In this document: one piece after another, positions 15,449-24,781 of the stretch
Position numbering within the stretch: position 1 is the stretch's first letter
How the letters are laid out: every line of letters begins with the position of its first letter
DNA from: a virus
IMG/VR virus record: IMGVR_UViG_3300003154_000003
Location: 1-52,295 of that record
Length of the DNA stretch: 52,295 bases
Direction: 5' to 3' (one strand)
Position numbers and translations under genes: made by a program
Notes under the pieces: model-generated
Seen by the model: only the letters and a program-made list of their open reading frames with translations
The model's database searches: none
What the model was told of the DNA's origin: nothing

Positions 15449-17673
15449 TGTCTAACACTTCCCGAACTTTTAGCACCAACCGCCGTAATAACTGACTTGC
15501 TAAAATCATAACTAATGCGCTTAACGTCGCCGGAATTGTTTATACTGCCAACGTTTACCGTCTGATTAACCTCAACCTTTCGGGCATCGGATGAATGTTT
15601 CGCGGCAGCACTTGCGTATATTGTGCCTGTATAGCTTGGATTGTATGACCCGGACCGGATTAAATCGCTCTCTAGTTTCATTTCGTCAATTGTCTGCTTC
15701 CGGGCCGTACTGTTTGCAGCTATAGCGGAAGTATTAGAATTGACCGATTCGGTTAACGCGCTGTTAATATCCGCAAGTAAGTTTGTAGCGTTGGCTTGCC
15801 CGGTTGCGTAGCTGGCCCAATTTGCAAGCGACCCGGTGGCACTTTCTGCTAATGATGCTGTTTGTTCTGCTGTCCTCGGTGTTGTTAGATAACTAAAGAA
15901 GCTTGCCGCTTGCTGTCTCGCTTTCGTGAAATCGGCATTAAGTGTTAATGTGGGTATATTTATACCGAATAGAGCGCCCAAACTGCTTACCGCTTTTGAA
16001 ATGCTATCAACCGTATTTAAAACCGTTGATACTATACCAAAGAACCACTTTGTAACGTTTGTATATACCCATTTGGCAACTTCTACAATTTCGTCTAATT
16101 GACGCCATGCTACTATAGCGGCCCCAATAGGTCCAATAAGCAATAAAGTAGTGTCGGATAAACTGTTTATCCAACCCATTAAACTATTAATAGCATCCGG
16201 TACTTTGACCTTTAACCAATCGTATAAATTGCCTAGTATCATAGTTAAATAGCTGACGGTTTCCGAAACTACCCCGTACCGTTTTTCTAATGCATATAGT
16301 ACTAATATGACTGCCGCAATTGCACCCACTATTAAAAGATATGGAGCCAATGCAGCCCACGACGTCCTGGCCCAAATAAGCTGTAACCCGGACAGCGCTT
16401 TTATACCGGTTGCTATCGGGCCTATCATCATTAAGATAGGTCCTATAGCAGCGCCAACGGCCAATAGCGCAACAACTCCTATCTGTATCGGTGCGGGCAA
16501 GTCTGCGAAAGCCTGACCAATTGCAATAATAGCCGGGGCAATCTGTTCTTTAAATATTGGCAGAAGGGTGTCTCTAAGCAACGGGACAACAATGTCTTTA
16601 AGCATAGGAAGAAAAGCATTTCCTATCTCTGTCGTGACGGCTGCGAAACTCGTTTTCATTTCATTAAGGCTTTGCTTTGCCGTTGCTCCCATTCTTTCGT
16701 AAGCTTGAGCGGCCGCGCCCTCTGCGTTGTTCATATCTTCAATAGCTTTTGCAGTTGTGGCCGAATTTTTACCCATTAATTCTGTAACAGCTGCCGCGGC
16801 TTCTGAACTGCTGAAATATGCATTTAAAGACTGTCCGGTTTTTTTGGAATCATCTTCTATAAGTTTCAATGCCTGTTGAAGTGTTCCCCCGCTTGCTATG
16901 AAATTTTTAAATGTTGTGCCTGAAAGTTCTTCGAATTTTTTCCCGGCTTGCTGTGTGGTATCGCCCAACTCTATAAACATTCTTTCTAGTTGTGTAGCGG
17001 CTACGGTTGTCGGGATACCTTGCATAGTTATTGCCGCAAGTGACCCGGCGACGTCTTCAAACCTTACACCCAACGCGGCGGCAACCGGGTTAACTTTATA
17101 AAGGCTTTGTGACATCTCTTCGAATGTTGTAGCACCAAATGCCGCGGCTTTGAACATGACGTCGCTTGCTCTCTGCACGGTTATAACATCTTTACCGTAT
17201 GCGTTGACCACTTGGGATAAACCTTTTACAACTGTATTTAAGTCAACGACTCCGCCTATAGATGCTTGGCTCGCGGTTTCCATAAAAGTAAATACATTGT
17301 CCTGACTAATTCCCGCGCTTAATGCGTCGTATAATGCCGGTGCTATCTCATCTGTAAAAATTCCATATTTGGCAGACAATGCGAGCACATCATCCGACAT
17401 GTCTTTCATGGCCGTGTCTGAAATGCCGGGCAACATCGTAAAAACCCGGCTCATATTATCTTCAAAAGTCACGGCCTGATTTGTCATAAGTCCGAGGGCA
17501 CCCGCCGCGGCAGTAATTGGCACGGTTAAACCCATCGTTAACCCGGTGCCTATGGTGGACGCCTTAGATGAAAAGTTGTCTATTGCTCTCCACTCTTTAT
17601 CTATATCGTCGGATAATGTCGATTTCAAACCGAACATTACAAAAATTTCGCCTAATATTTCCGCGGCTCCCAT
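15445..17673 (-). CDS. tail tape measure protein, 742 aa
   Basis: The TP901-type core pattern is visible (LSAKYGIFTDEIAPALYDALSAGI...ASIGGVVDLNTVVKGLSQVVNAYG). There are central hydrophobic segments and Ala/Ser-rich helices. The gene sits after the chaperone genes. Confidence 0.85.
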   Translation of the reverse strand: MGAAEILGEIFVMFGLKSTLSDDIDKEWRAIDNFSSKASTIGTGLTMGLTVPITAAAGALGLMTNQAVTFEDNMSRVFTMLPGISDTAMKDMSDDVLALSAKYGIFTDEIAPALYDALSAGISQDNVFTFMETASQASIGGVVDLNTVVKGLSQVVNAYGKDVITVQRASDVMFKAAAFGATTFEEMSQSLYKVNPVAAALGVRFEDVAGSLAAITMQGIPTTVAATQLERMFIELGDTTQQAGKKFEELSGTTFKNFIASGGTLQQALKLIEDDSKKTGQSLNAYFSSSEAAAAVTELMGKNSATTAKAIEDMNNAEGAAAQAYERMGATAKQSLNEMKTSFAAVTTEIGNAFLPMLKDIVVPLLRDTLLPIFKEQIAPAIIAIGQAFADLPAPIQIGVVALLAVGAAIGPILMMIGPIATGIKALSGLQLIWARTSWAALAPYLLIVGAIAAVILVLYALEKRYGVVSETVSYLTMILGNLYDWLKVKVPDAINSLMGWINSLSDTTLLLIGPIGAAIVAWRQLDEIVEVAKWVYTNVTKWFFGIVSTVLNTVDSISKAVSSLGALFGINIPTLTLNADFTKARQQAASFFSYLTTPRTAEQTASLAESATGSLANWASYATGQANATNLLADINSALTESVNSNTSAIAANSTARKQTIDEMKLESDLIRSGSYNPSYTGTIYASAAAKHSSDARKVEVNQTVNVGSINNSGDVKRISYDFSKSVITAVGAKSSGSVRQ

Positions 17674-17676
17674 TTT

Positions 17677-17823
17677 TTAACTCCCCGTGCTTAACCCGTG
17701 CTTCGGTTTCTTTGCTTCCTCTATGATTTTTTGTTCACGTTCGGCCCGTTCATTGTATGCTGCTAAACAAAAAATCCGGTCCGGTTCCGACATTGCCCGG
17801 TATTGTTCCGGGGTAATTCCCAT
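17677..17823 (-). CDS. tail assembly chaperone, second part (small ORF or frameshift extension), 48 aa
   Basis: My own translation gives MGITPEQYRAMSEPDRIFCLAAYNERAEREQKIIEEAKKPKHGLSTGS. The frame is +1 relative to 17858-18331 and is open from about 17 codons before that ORF's stop to 4 nt before the tape measure ATG. No SD precedes the ATG at 17823. Confidence 0.4.
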   Translation of the reverse strand: MGITPEQYRAMSEPDRIFCLAAYNERAEREQKIIEEAKKPKHGLSTGS

Positions 17824-17857
17824 CTTGCACAACAGGTCAAAGAAATTTTGACCTCTA

Positions 17858-18331
17858 TTACTCTTTGCGAAATTCGGCAGCCTCGTTAGTTTGGGCGGCT
17901 CTCTGCTTCGTAACCTCCATAATTATTTTTAACATGTCCTCAAGGGCAAAATATCCGCTTTTAAAGAACTCATAGTTTAGCGATTCGTCTATACATAAAT
18001 CAGCTAGTATGTTATACAGTTCATCGGCTGCGGTTTCTGCTTCCCGGACGTCGTTTGTGGTGCGGGTTTTCTTCATGGAGATTTGCGCAATTTTCATCTG
18101 TAATTCTTGCATATACATAACTTCGGCGGCAAGCGGTACCCGGATAATTACCTTAATATCTTCCCCCAATATTTCAGATTTGAAAGATATTGTTGCCCGC
18201 TGTTCCCATCCCCGAATCATAAGCTTTTCGGCAATGGTCATTTCCCGAGCATCTTTTTGTCTTAACTGCTCTGCTCTTTCCTTAACCTGCGCGGTTATTT
18301 TTTTATTCTCAATTTTGGCTTTGTCGCTCAT
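17858..18331 (-). CDS. tail assembly chaperone, 157 aa
   Basis: Track ORF lying between the major tail protein and the tape measure. The protein is acidic and helical. The call rests on synteny. Confidence 0.55.
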   Translation of the reverse strand: MSDKAKIENKKITAQVKERAEQLRQKDAREMTIAEKLMIRGWEQRATISFKSEILGEDIKVIIRVPLAAEVMYMQELQMKIAQISMKKTRTTNDVREAETAADELYNILADLCIDESLNYEFFKSGYFALEDMLKIIMEVTKQRAAQTNEAAEFRKE

Positions 18332-18369
18332 TGGTTAACCCTCACAAAAAAATAAAGTTCACAAAAAAA

Positions 18370-19107
18370 TTACGTGAACTTGGTTAATATAACCTCATCA
18401 ACTGCAAATTCTAATGACTGTGTATAGAAGTCATCGACTGGCATATTAAGAGTAATGTTACTTGCAGTTATACCGTAAGCAAACCATTTCCTCTTAAGTG
18501 TTCCGCTGCTATCGATTTCTTCCCCAATCAATACGCCAATGTCATTAAATGCATGGAAAGCATTTGTCCATTTGACAATACTTGCTGCATCCGTTCCGGT
18601 GTCACCGCAAGCCTGACCGATTAAGGTAAGGTCATACTGCACGGCTTCAAGTGTCATAGTTGTTTTAATCGCACCGACCTTTTGAAGCTGTGTACTTTGG
18701 CCCTGCACACTTACGCCTTTTGTATCGGCGCTCATGGGTATGCTGACATCTTTACACGTTGCAATATGTGTAAGGGCGGGTGTGCCGGTTTCGACGTCTA
18801 TATAATGTATTACAAGCACGTCATTTTCGGCCAATGCTGCAAATGCAATCTTTACGGTATCGGTTGCATTTGTTGCCGGTGTGGTTCCGTCGCTCTGCAT
18901 TTCCTGAACACTATAATAAACGCCGTTCTTTGTTAGTACTACACTGCCGTATTCTGCATGTTTTGCTAACTCGTATAGTTTGGCGCTGGCCTCTCCACTT
19001 GTTGCGGTGTGGGTTTCGGAATATTTCACGCCGCCCGCATACCATTTTACGTCTGCGGAGTATGGGGCGCCGCTTCCTGTTGCTGTGCTGCTTGATTTCG
19101 TAGACAT
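18370..19107 (-). CDS. major tail protein, 245 aa
   Basis: Track ORF, positioned after the tail terminator-like gene and before the chaperones. Its size and Thr/Ser/Gly-rich composition are typical. Confidence 0.6.
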   Translation of the reverse strand: MSTKSSSTATGSGAPYSADVKWYAGGVKYSETHTATSGEASAKLYELAKHAEYGSVVLTKNGVYYSVQEMQSDGTTPATNATDTVKIAFAALAENDVLVIHYIDVETGTPALTHIATCKDVSIPMSADTKGVSVQGQSTQLQKVGAIKTTMTLEAVQYDLTLIGQACGDTGTDAASIVKWTNAFHAFNDIGVLIGEEIDSSGTLKRKWFAYGITASNITLNMPVDDFYTQSLEFAVDEVILTKFT

Positions 19108-19170
19108 TCGGTTTATCCCCCTTTTCTCAATATATTTATACTACAACTATTTATGCTTTTTTACGCATGT

Positions 19171-19554
19171 TTAAATATCCTTCGTTACGTAGAAGTTAAT
19201 CACAAATAACGGCCTCTCTGCTTCATCATATCCCATGTTAGCCACGGACCCCGCCGCTTCTATTATTTTATACTTTGTTGAACTCACGGAAAAACTCCTT
19301 TTATTATTTAAGGTTGTAAATACTAGCTGTGCCTTTGTTTCGGCTGCATAATATCCACCCTTTGCCCCGCGGATTATTACCTGTACACCGGGGCGTTCAA
19401 CATACGGAATACGCAACGGTGGCTTTCCAGCATATGCAAACAATGCTACACATGCATCTGGCAGTGGTGGCATAATACCATAAAATAAATCGGTTCCGCT
19501 TGTACCAACCCCGGCGGTTTGTAATACATTTCCAATTTGTGCAAGCATACCCAT
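19171..19554 (-). CDS. tail completion / terminator-like protein, 127 aa
   Basis: Track ORF 19171-19596, trimmed to the ATG at 19554, which sits 1 nt after the stop of the upstream gene. The LFYGIMPPLPDACVALFAYAG pattern resembles DUF3168-type proteins. Confidence 0.45.
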   Translation of the reverse strand: MGMLAQIGNVLQTAGVGTSGTDLFYGIMPPLPDACVALFAYAGKPPLRIPYVERPGVQVIIRGAKGGYYAAETKAQLVFTTLNNKRSFSVSSTKYKIIEAAGSVANMGYDEAERPLFVINFYVTKDI

Positions 19555-19555
19555 T

Positions 19556-19930
19556 TTAACCAACCCTCTCAACAATATTTTTAATAAGTACTTCACGCTT
19601 CCTATTAACCGGGTCCTCTAAGAATTTAGATTTACCCGTCGGGTGGTGGAGTTCGGTTCTTTCGTGTACCCAAAACGCATAATTAGCACCATAGCCTAAC
19701 CGGGCCTTTATTGTTCCGGGCCTTTCATCAACGTCTAAACTTCGACTGTCCCTTAAGGTTCCGGTTAGAACCGGGCATTCTTCCGCGCTTTCGCCTAATG
19801 TGTCTTCCATTTCCAGAATGAAAGCGTCTTTTACATCATCGAAACGGTCATCCATCATTCGCTTAAGTTTCTGCTTAAGTCCCGGCTCGGTGACTATTTT
19901 AAACGTGGTTTTAACAACGGGTGCCGACAT
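19556..19930 (-). CDS. HK97 gp10-family neck/tail protein, 124 aa
   Basis: CPVLTGTLRDSRSLDV...GYGANYAFWVHE matches the gp10-family TG-L-S...Y-A-VE pattern. Confidence 0.55.
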   Translation of the reverse strand: MSAPVVKTTFKIVTEPGLKQKLKRMMDDRFDDVKDAFILEMEDTLGESAEECPVLTGTLRDSRSLDVDERPGTIKARLGYGANYAFWVHERTELHHPTGKSKFLEDPVNRKREVLIKNIVERVG

Positions 19931-20244
19931 TAGAAATACACCACCGTATACAGCACATTAGCATATCTATCATACATCTTTGCAAAGTCTTTTATATACA
20001 CGGTGTTGCTTCCGGGCAAAAGTATTTTATCCCGGTCATCTAAATTCGAAACATCGCCCGATATGTATAACCGCCCATTTGATACAATGACCTGACCCGT
20101 CGGGGTTTTGATATATGTTTTTTTGTTGCTTAATCTCGCAAAATAACTAACCCCCGTACCCCATGTAACCGTTCCGTCCGTGCCGGTTGTTGAATATGGG
20201 TAAATGGTAACGGGTGACTTTGTTAAATGCGAAATTTGTGTCAT
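19930..20244 (-). CDS. head closure / head-tail adaptor-like protein, 104 aa
   Basis: Track ORF; called from position and size only. Confidence 0.35.
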   Translation of the reverse strand: MTQISHLTKSPVTIYPYSTTGTDGTVTWGTGVSYFARLSNKKTYIKTPTGQVIVSNGRLYISGDVSNLDDRDKILLPGSNTVYIKDFAKMYDRYANVLYTVVYF

Positions 20245-20257
20245 GGTTTATACTTCC

Positions 20258-20515
20258 TTACATTTTACTGTATAATAAAAGTGCTGTGGTTATAATCCAT
20301 CCGAGTATAACATACAGCAATTTATCATATTTTGCATCTACTTTTCTAAGAACTTCTTTTTGACCGTTTATCATAGCGGTTTGCAATTCTTTTATATCGG
20401 CTTTGATTTCACATGCAAATTTATTTATCATGTCCTGTACTCTGCGCTCGTTTTCTAATTCTCCCTGTGCCCGTAATTTGTCGCAGCGGTCAACGGTCAC
20501 TGCATCGCCATTCAT
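20258..20515 (-). CDS. tail-anchored coiled-coil membrane protein, 85 aa (XhlA-like architecture)
   Basis: Track ORF with a charged helical N-terminus and a single C-terminal TM, LLYVILGWIITTALLLY. Confidence 0.45.
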   Translation of the reverse strand: MNGDAVTVDRCDKLRAQGELENERRVQDMINKFACEIKADIKELQTAMINGQKEVLRKVDAKYDKLLYVILGWIITTALLLYSKM

Positions 20516-20914
20516 TCAAATCATCCCCGGGGTGGTGTTTCTATCGAGTGGGAAACTACCCGCGGCGTCTGTTCTCTCTACTCCTTCGCTTGCGGCATCG
20601 TCGCCCATTGCTTGCGTCAGCATCTTTTCAAATTTCATTCTGTAACTTGATATACCCGGGGTTGCCCGCGTATAAGCATAGTCGCCTATTTGTTCGTGTG
20701 ACATTTCCATGTTCCCGCGGCTAAATTCGAAAAGTTCCAAAATTAAAAACGCTTGCATCATGTCCCTAACACTTGTTGACACTGTGGACGGCACCCTTTC
20801 CATTTCGTCATTAGTTAAAGAAATGTATGATGTTAACGCTGTGCTAGTTATATCGGCGGTGTCTCCCACGGTGTATGGGGATAATAGCGCTATTAAGGTA
20901 CCGTCCACGGTCAT
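20516..20914 (-). CDS. head-tail connector protein (gp6 / DUF4054-like), 132 aa
   Basis: Track ORF. The call rests on position and general resemblance only. Confidence 0.4.
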   Translation of the reverse strand: MTVDGTLIALLSPYTVGDTADITSTALTSYISLTNDEMERVPSTVSTSVRDMMQAFLILELFEFSRGNMEMSHEQIGDYAYTRATPGISSYRMKFEKMLTQAMGDDAASEGVERTDAAGSFPLDRNTTPGMI

Positions 20915-20920
20915 TTTTAT

Positions 20921-21358
20921 TCACTCCTTTATTAATCCGGCTTCCTTTGCTTTTCTCATCACTTCGGCCATATTGTCCGGTGTTTCCGTGGCTGTCACCG
21001 GGTCCGGGGTTACAGCATCCCCCACAACTTCGGCAAGCTGTGTTAATCCTTCTATTTGTTTCTTAGACCCGTTAGCAATGTTAATAAAGCTTACAAGCTT
21101 TGAAAATCCAGCGTTTCCAGCTAATCCCATTGCAAAGGCTCCCATTATATCATAGGTTCCTGCGGTGGTTACGGGTATTTCTAAATAATACATTCCCGCT
21201 GCCAGCATTACAAAAGCCGTTAGTACTGCATAACCGACCATAAATTCGGTAGTTTCACATTTCTGTTTATCTTTTGCTCTTTGGGTAACGTATCCCATCG
21301 CCATAAAGAAAACAGAGCCAATCATTGCCGCAATGGCAAGCATTAAATTTGGTTCCAT
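20921..21358 (-). CDS. membrane protein with 3 predicted TM helices, 145 aa (holin-like topology)
   Basis: Hydrophobic segments are LMLAIAAMIGSVFFMAMGYV, FMVGYAVLTAFVMLAAGMYY and IMGAFAMGLAGNAGFSKLVSF, followed by an acidic soluble tail. Confidence 0.5.
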   Translation of the reverse strand: MEPNLMLAIAAMIGSVFFMAMGYVTQRAKDKQKCETTEFMVGYAVLTAFVMLAAGMYYLEIPVTTAGTYDIMGAFAMGLAGNAGFSKLVSFINIANGSKKQIEGLTQLAEVVGDAVTPDPVTATETPDNMAEVMRKAKEAGLIKE

Positions 21359-21360
21359 GT

Positions 21361-23598
21361 TTACCGTCTCCGCGTGTTGTTTCTATATATTATATATGAA
21401 GCGACAATATAAGAAACTACAAAACTGCCGACAACATAACTATCTTTTATATGTGTACCGCCAACGTCTGCAATCCATGTTTGACTATCTGCTGAAATTA
21501 AGGCAGGTATATTATAATCTGTGCCGCCCGTGTTGTTAAATGTATACGTTGCGGCTGTCACACTTGTATTTGTCTGTACTGTGCTGCCGTTGAGTTTCCA
21601 TGTTACGTTCTCGGCACCATCTAAATTAACAGTGAATGTCTGTGCTGTATTAGGTTTTATATACGGTGTGGTATCCACCGGCAAATATGAAATAATCTGA
21701 TTCGGTGAAACTGTTATTATCCATGTCTGACTATCCCCAAATACTGGGGCAGTTATATTATATTCTCCGGCTGCTGTAGCTGGAAAAGTATAATGTCCTT
21801 CTGTGCTTCCGCTATCTGTTTCCGCTAAACTGCTGTCTACATACCAACTTATATCATCGGCTTGGTCTATGGTAACGTTAAATGTTATGGCGTTATCTTC
21901 GGCCACGGCTGGCGTTGTATCAATTGGTGTAAAATCTGTTATAGCGGTATAATTGTATTCCAAAGCAACATCATAATATTTTGAAGTTCCGGTTGTTAAG
22001 TCGCCTATATCTATTACGATATTGTCACCGCTGCGTTCCACGGTTGCGCCCGTCTGGTTTGATACCATCGACGGGTCGAAAAGCCTATCAGTGACGGCAA
22101 GCGGATATGTTAAGGTTGCTGCCGCCAGGTCATGCGTTGGTGTAAACACGAGATTTACTAAATGATGTGTGCTGTTATCGGTTTCCTGAACCTTTGTATA
22201 ATTTGTTACAAAGTAAAGCAATAAAGAAACATCGTGCGACTGCGTGGAGTTACTAACAAATTTAACATTCTGTAAATTCTTTGGAACGGCTACGCTCTGG
22301 TTTGTGCTCGTTAAAGGTGTTTCGGTTCCAGTAGAATTTATTTGAAACTTTGTGCCCGCATATCCTAAAGTAAATTCTCTTATAATGCTTTGGGGCAATA
22401 CGGTATTATACAATATTGTGTAATCTATGGTACTGTTCCAAAACCCGGCTGAACCTGTAGAACCTATATTAAGGTTTGCGGTGGTACCTGTTACAGATGT
22501 ATAAGACGTTGAACTATTAGCGCTTAGTTCTCCATTCTTATAAAATAGTCCCCTGTCTGTGGTGGGTGAAATTGAAACCGCGTAATGTGTCCAATTATAC
22601 ATAGCCGTTTTTGATTCGTTAACGGCTCCATAAGCGTATTTTGTACCGCCTGAATATACATAACCGGCATGTCTTAATGTTGCTGCACCATCGTATTTTA
22701 TACCGTATTGGTTAGCCTTATAAATAAGACGTGTCCCGTCTGCTTCGGGGTATCTGTATATTCCTGCAAGCATTGTTATTTCGTCGGTAATATTTAATGA
22801 CGCCGTTGACGTACGGTTTAATTGGTCATTACCATCAAAACGTAAAGCGCTGTTTGCATTACCGAAACGGTCATTTACTGGCGTTGCTGTAGTGGCACCG
22901 AGATTATTAGCGTTTGTGCTTATATCGTTATTATTTCCCTCAAACGGCCATGCGGCAACAACATTTGACTGTCTAGGATATGTTGAGATGTTGGACTCGT
23001 CCCAAACTTGATATGTCTGTACATTCGGAAAAATTATATACATGGCTGTTGCATTTGGCACCCCGACGGTTATAGTCATATCGGCAACGTTTCCGTTAAC
23101 CGTTTTATATAGATAACCAACGGCTCCGCCTATAACAACTTCAGAAAAATTTGAAACTATTTCTATATCGCCGTTTTTATCCATAACGTCGGCCGTATTA
23201 TAAATAAGTGCGGTGTCTACAACGCCTTCGTTATTTATATGCACATAGCTAAATTGTTTGCCGTTGTAGTCCTTAAGTTTCTTAAGTGTGTTCTCGTTAA
23301 ATTTCAACTTTGCTTTTTTGTCGGATTTTTCTTTATCTGAAATTAATAGCTTTCCGTCTATATCTGAAACTTTATAATTATTAGCGTTACTATTTTTAGT
23401 AGTTATTTGAATTTCCCCTGAAAATTTAGCGGGGCAATCTATCACTGTTTTATAACTGCCGCCGGTTTGGTCATCAGATGTTTTTTTATCATCGCCCGCG
23501 GCTACGGCTGACGCTGCACAACTTACTAAGAAAATACATGCAATAAATAATATTCCCAATTGTTTTATTTTGGGAATTAAGCTTGTAAACATCTTCAT
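21361..23598 (-). CDS. secreted, lipobox-bearing LamG/ConA-like lectin-fold protein with two Ig-like repeats and a C-terminal TM anchor, 745 aa
   Basis: The N-terminus KQLGILFIACIFLVSCAAS is a signal peptide with an L-V-S-C lipobox. NSALRFDGNDQL...ITMLAGIY fits the LamG_3 pattern. Two C-terminal repeats of about 65 aa follow (F.V......W..[DN][GS]...Y.F...G.Y.I...W). The protein ends VVGSFVVSYIVASYIIYRNNTRRR. There are more than 20 N-x-S/T sequons. Confidence 0.6.
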   Translation of the reverse strand: MKMFTSLIPKIKQLGILFIACIFLVSCAASAVAAGDDKKTSDDQTGGSYKTVIDCPAKFSGEIQITTKNSNANNYKVSDIDGKLLISDKEKSDKKAKLKFNENTLKKLKDYNGKQFSYVHINNEGVVDTALIYNTADVMDKNGDIEIVSNFSEVVIGGAVGYLYKTVNGNVADMTITVGVPNATAMYIIFPNVQTYQVWDESNISTYPRQSNVVAAWPFEGNNNDISTNANNLGATTATPVNDRFGNANSALRFDGNDQLNRTSTASLNITDEITMLAGIYRYPEADGTRLIYKANQYGIKYDGAATLRHAGYVYSGGTKYAYGAVNESKTAMYNWTHYAVSISPTTDRGLFYKNGELSANSSTSYTSVTGTTANLNIGSTGSAGFWNSTIDYTILYNTVLPQSIIREFTLGYAGTKFQINSTGTETPLTSTNQSVAVPKNLQNVKFVSNSTQSHDVSLLLYFVTNYTKVQETDNSTHHLVNLVFTPTHDLAAATLTYPLAVTDRLFDPSMVSNQTGATVERSGDNIVIDIGDLTTGTSKYYDVALEYNYTAITDFTPIDTTPAVAEDNAITFNVTIDQADDISWYVDSSLAETDSGSTEGHYTFPATAAGEYNITAPVFGDSQTWIITVSPNQIISYLPVDTTPYIKPNTAQTFTVNLDGAENVTWKLNGSTVQTNTSVTAATYTFNNTGGTDYNIPALISADSQTWIADVGGTHIKDSYVVGSFVVSYIVASYIIYRNNTRRR

Positions 23599-23613
23599 TT
23601 AACCAACCCTCTT

Positions 23614-24186
23614 TTATGCCTCTTTCAATACTTGCATGTAAACCGTACATGCTTTATCTGTTATAACAGCAATACCCATAGGCATATGTGCAAACGGTAG
23701 ATTAAACGGCCCTAAATACGTCCAATCGCTACTTTTTCCGGCTGATATGTTAAGATTAACATCATCAACATAATTTTCATTAATCGCGCCTGCATCTTTC
23801 CACGCCGAAAGGGGTTTATACACGAATATTATATTTAAAGCCGCGCCATCCGTTGCCATTAATCCAATCCTGCTTAATATAAACGTCTTGGTACCGTTGT
23901 AATCAGGATAAAATATAACGGTTCCGGCTTCTTCTAAAACTGCCTTATATACTCCCGTTGATAGCTTCCCCTCGGTTGTATCGGCCGTTACGACTGTATT
24001 AACCCCGCTTACATCCGTTAAAGCCATTGACTCCAAAACAACTTTCGGGCGATAGATAATAGCGTATACCTGCCGGGCACCTTCCGTATATGCTGTAAAA
24101 TGCACCTCGTTATTATTAGAAAGTGCTTCCAGCGCCGTTTTTGCGGCCGCAAGTGTTGCGTAAACTGCTACTGTGTAGCCGGTCAT
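23614..24186 (-). CDS. hypothetical structural-module protein, 190 aa
   Basis: Track ORF downstream of the capsid gene. Confidence 0.5.
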   Translation of the reverse strand: MTGYTVAVYATLAAAKTALEALSNNNEVHFTAYTEGARQVYAIIYRPKVVLESMALTDVSGVNTVVTADTTEGKLSTGVYKAVLEEAGTVIFYPDYNGTKTFILSRIGLMATDGAALNIIFVYKPLSAWKDAGAINENYVDDVNLNISAGKSSDWTYLGPFNLPFAHMPMGIAVITDKACTVYMQVLKEA

Positions 24187-24199
24187 TATCTACACCCCC

Positions 24200-24709
24200 T
24201 TAAGCTTCCACGTACTCGAGATATACTATAGCGTGCCCGGTTCCGCTGCTGCTGTCGGTGTGGGATATATACAGGTCTAAACGAGTACCGGCGGCAATGG
24301 TTGCGCTTGCGGGTGTGGTGCTGTGGAATGCTTTTGCAGCTTCCCCGGCGGCGGTAAGTGTACGTGTTGCTATAGTGGTCGGGCTGGCGGCGTCATCCTT
24401 TACGGTTATAATGGCGTCGCTGCCTTCTTTAACATAGGCTTCGGTTAGGTAGTCATGCATCTTAATTATAGTCATGGCCACCGGTGCAACAAAAACACCA
24501 TATAATACATAGTCAGAGCCGCTTGCAAGGTCCGCGCCCGTGGTTGCTAGTGCTGTAATTGTGCCTTGATTTGGTGTCAAACATGCGAATTTAGATTTAT
24601 GCACGTCTATTTCGTCGTCTATAAGCCCGAACTCTGTAACTAATTTTTCGGCAAGTGTCCCGGCTTTACCTCTAAAAGTGTTAACTCCAATTGCTGTATA
24701 TCCAGACAT
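24200..24709 (-). CDS. hypothetical structural-module protein, 169 aa
   Basis: Track ORF immediately downstream of the capsid gene. Confidence 0.5.
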   Translation of the reverse strand: MSGYTAIGVNTFRGKAGTLAEKLVTEFGLIDDEIDVHKSKFACLTPNQGTITALATTGADLASGSDYVLYGVFVAPVAMTIIKMHDYLTEAYVKEGSDAIITVKDDAASPTTIATRTLTAAGEAAKAFHSTTPASATIAAGTRLDLYISHTDSSSGTGHAIVYLEYVEA

Positions 24710-24781
24710 TGTAAATTTCTCCTTGATGTAATGTACTTTGGTAGTCCATCAATAAATTAAAGCAGTTGAAAAGTAAACTGC

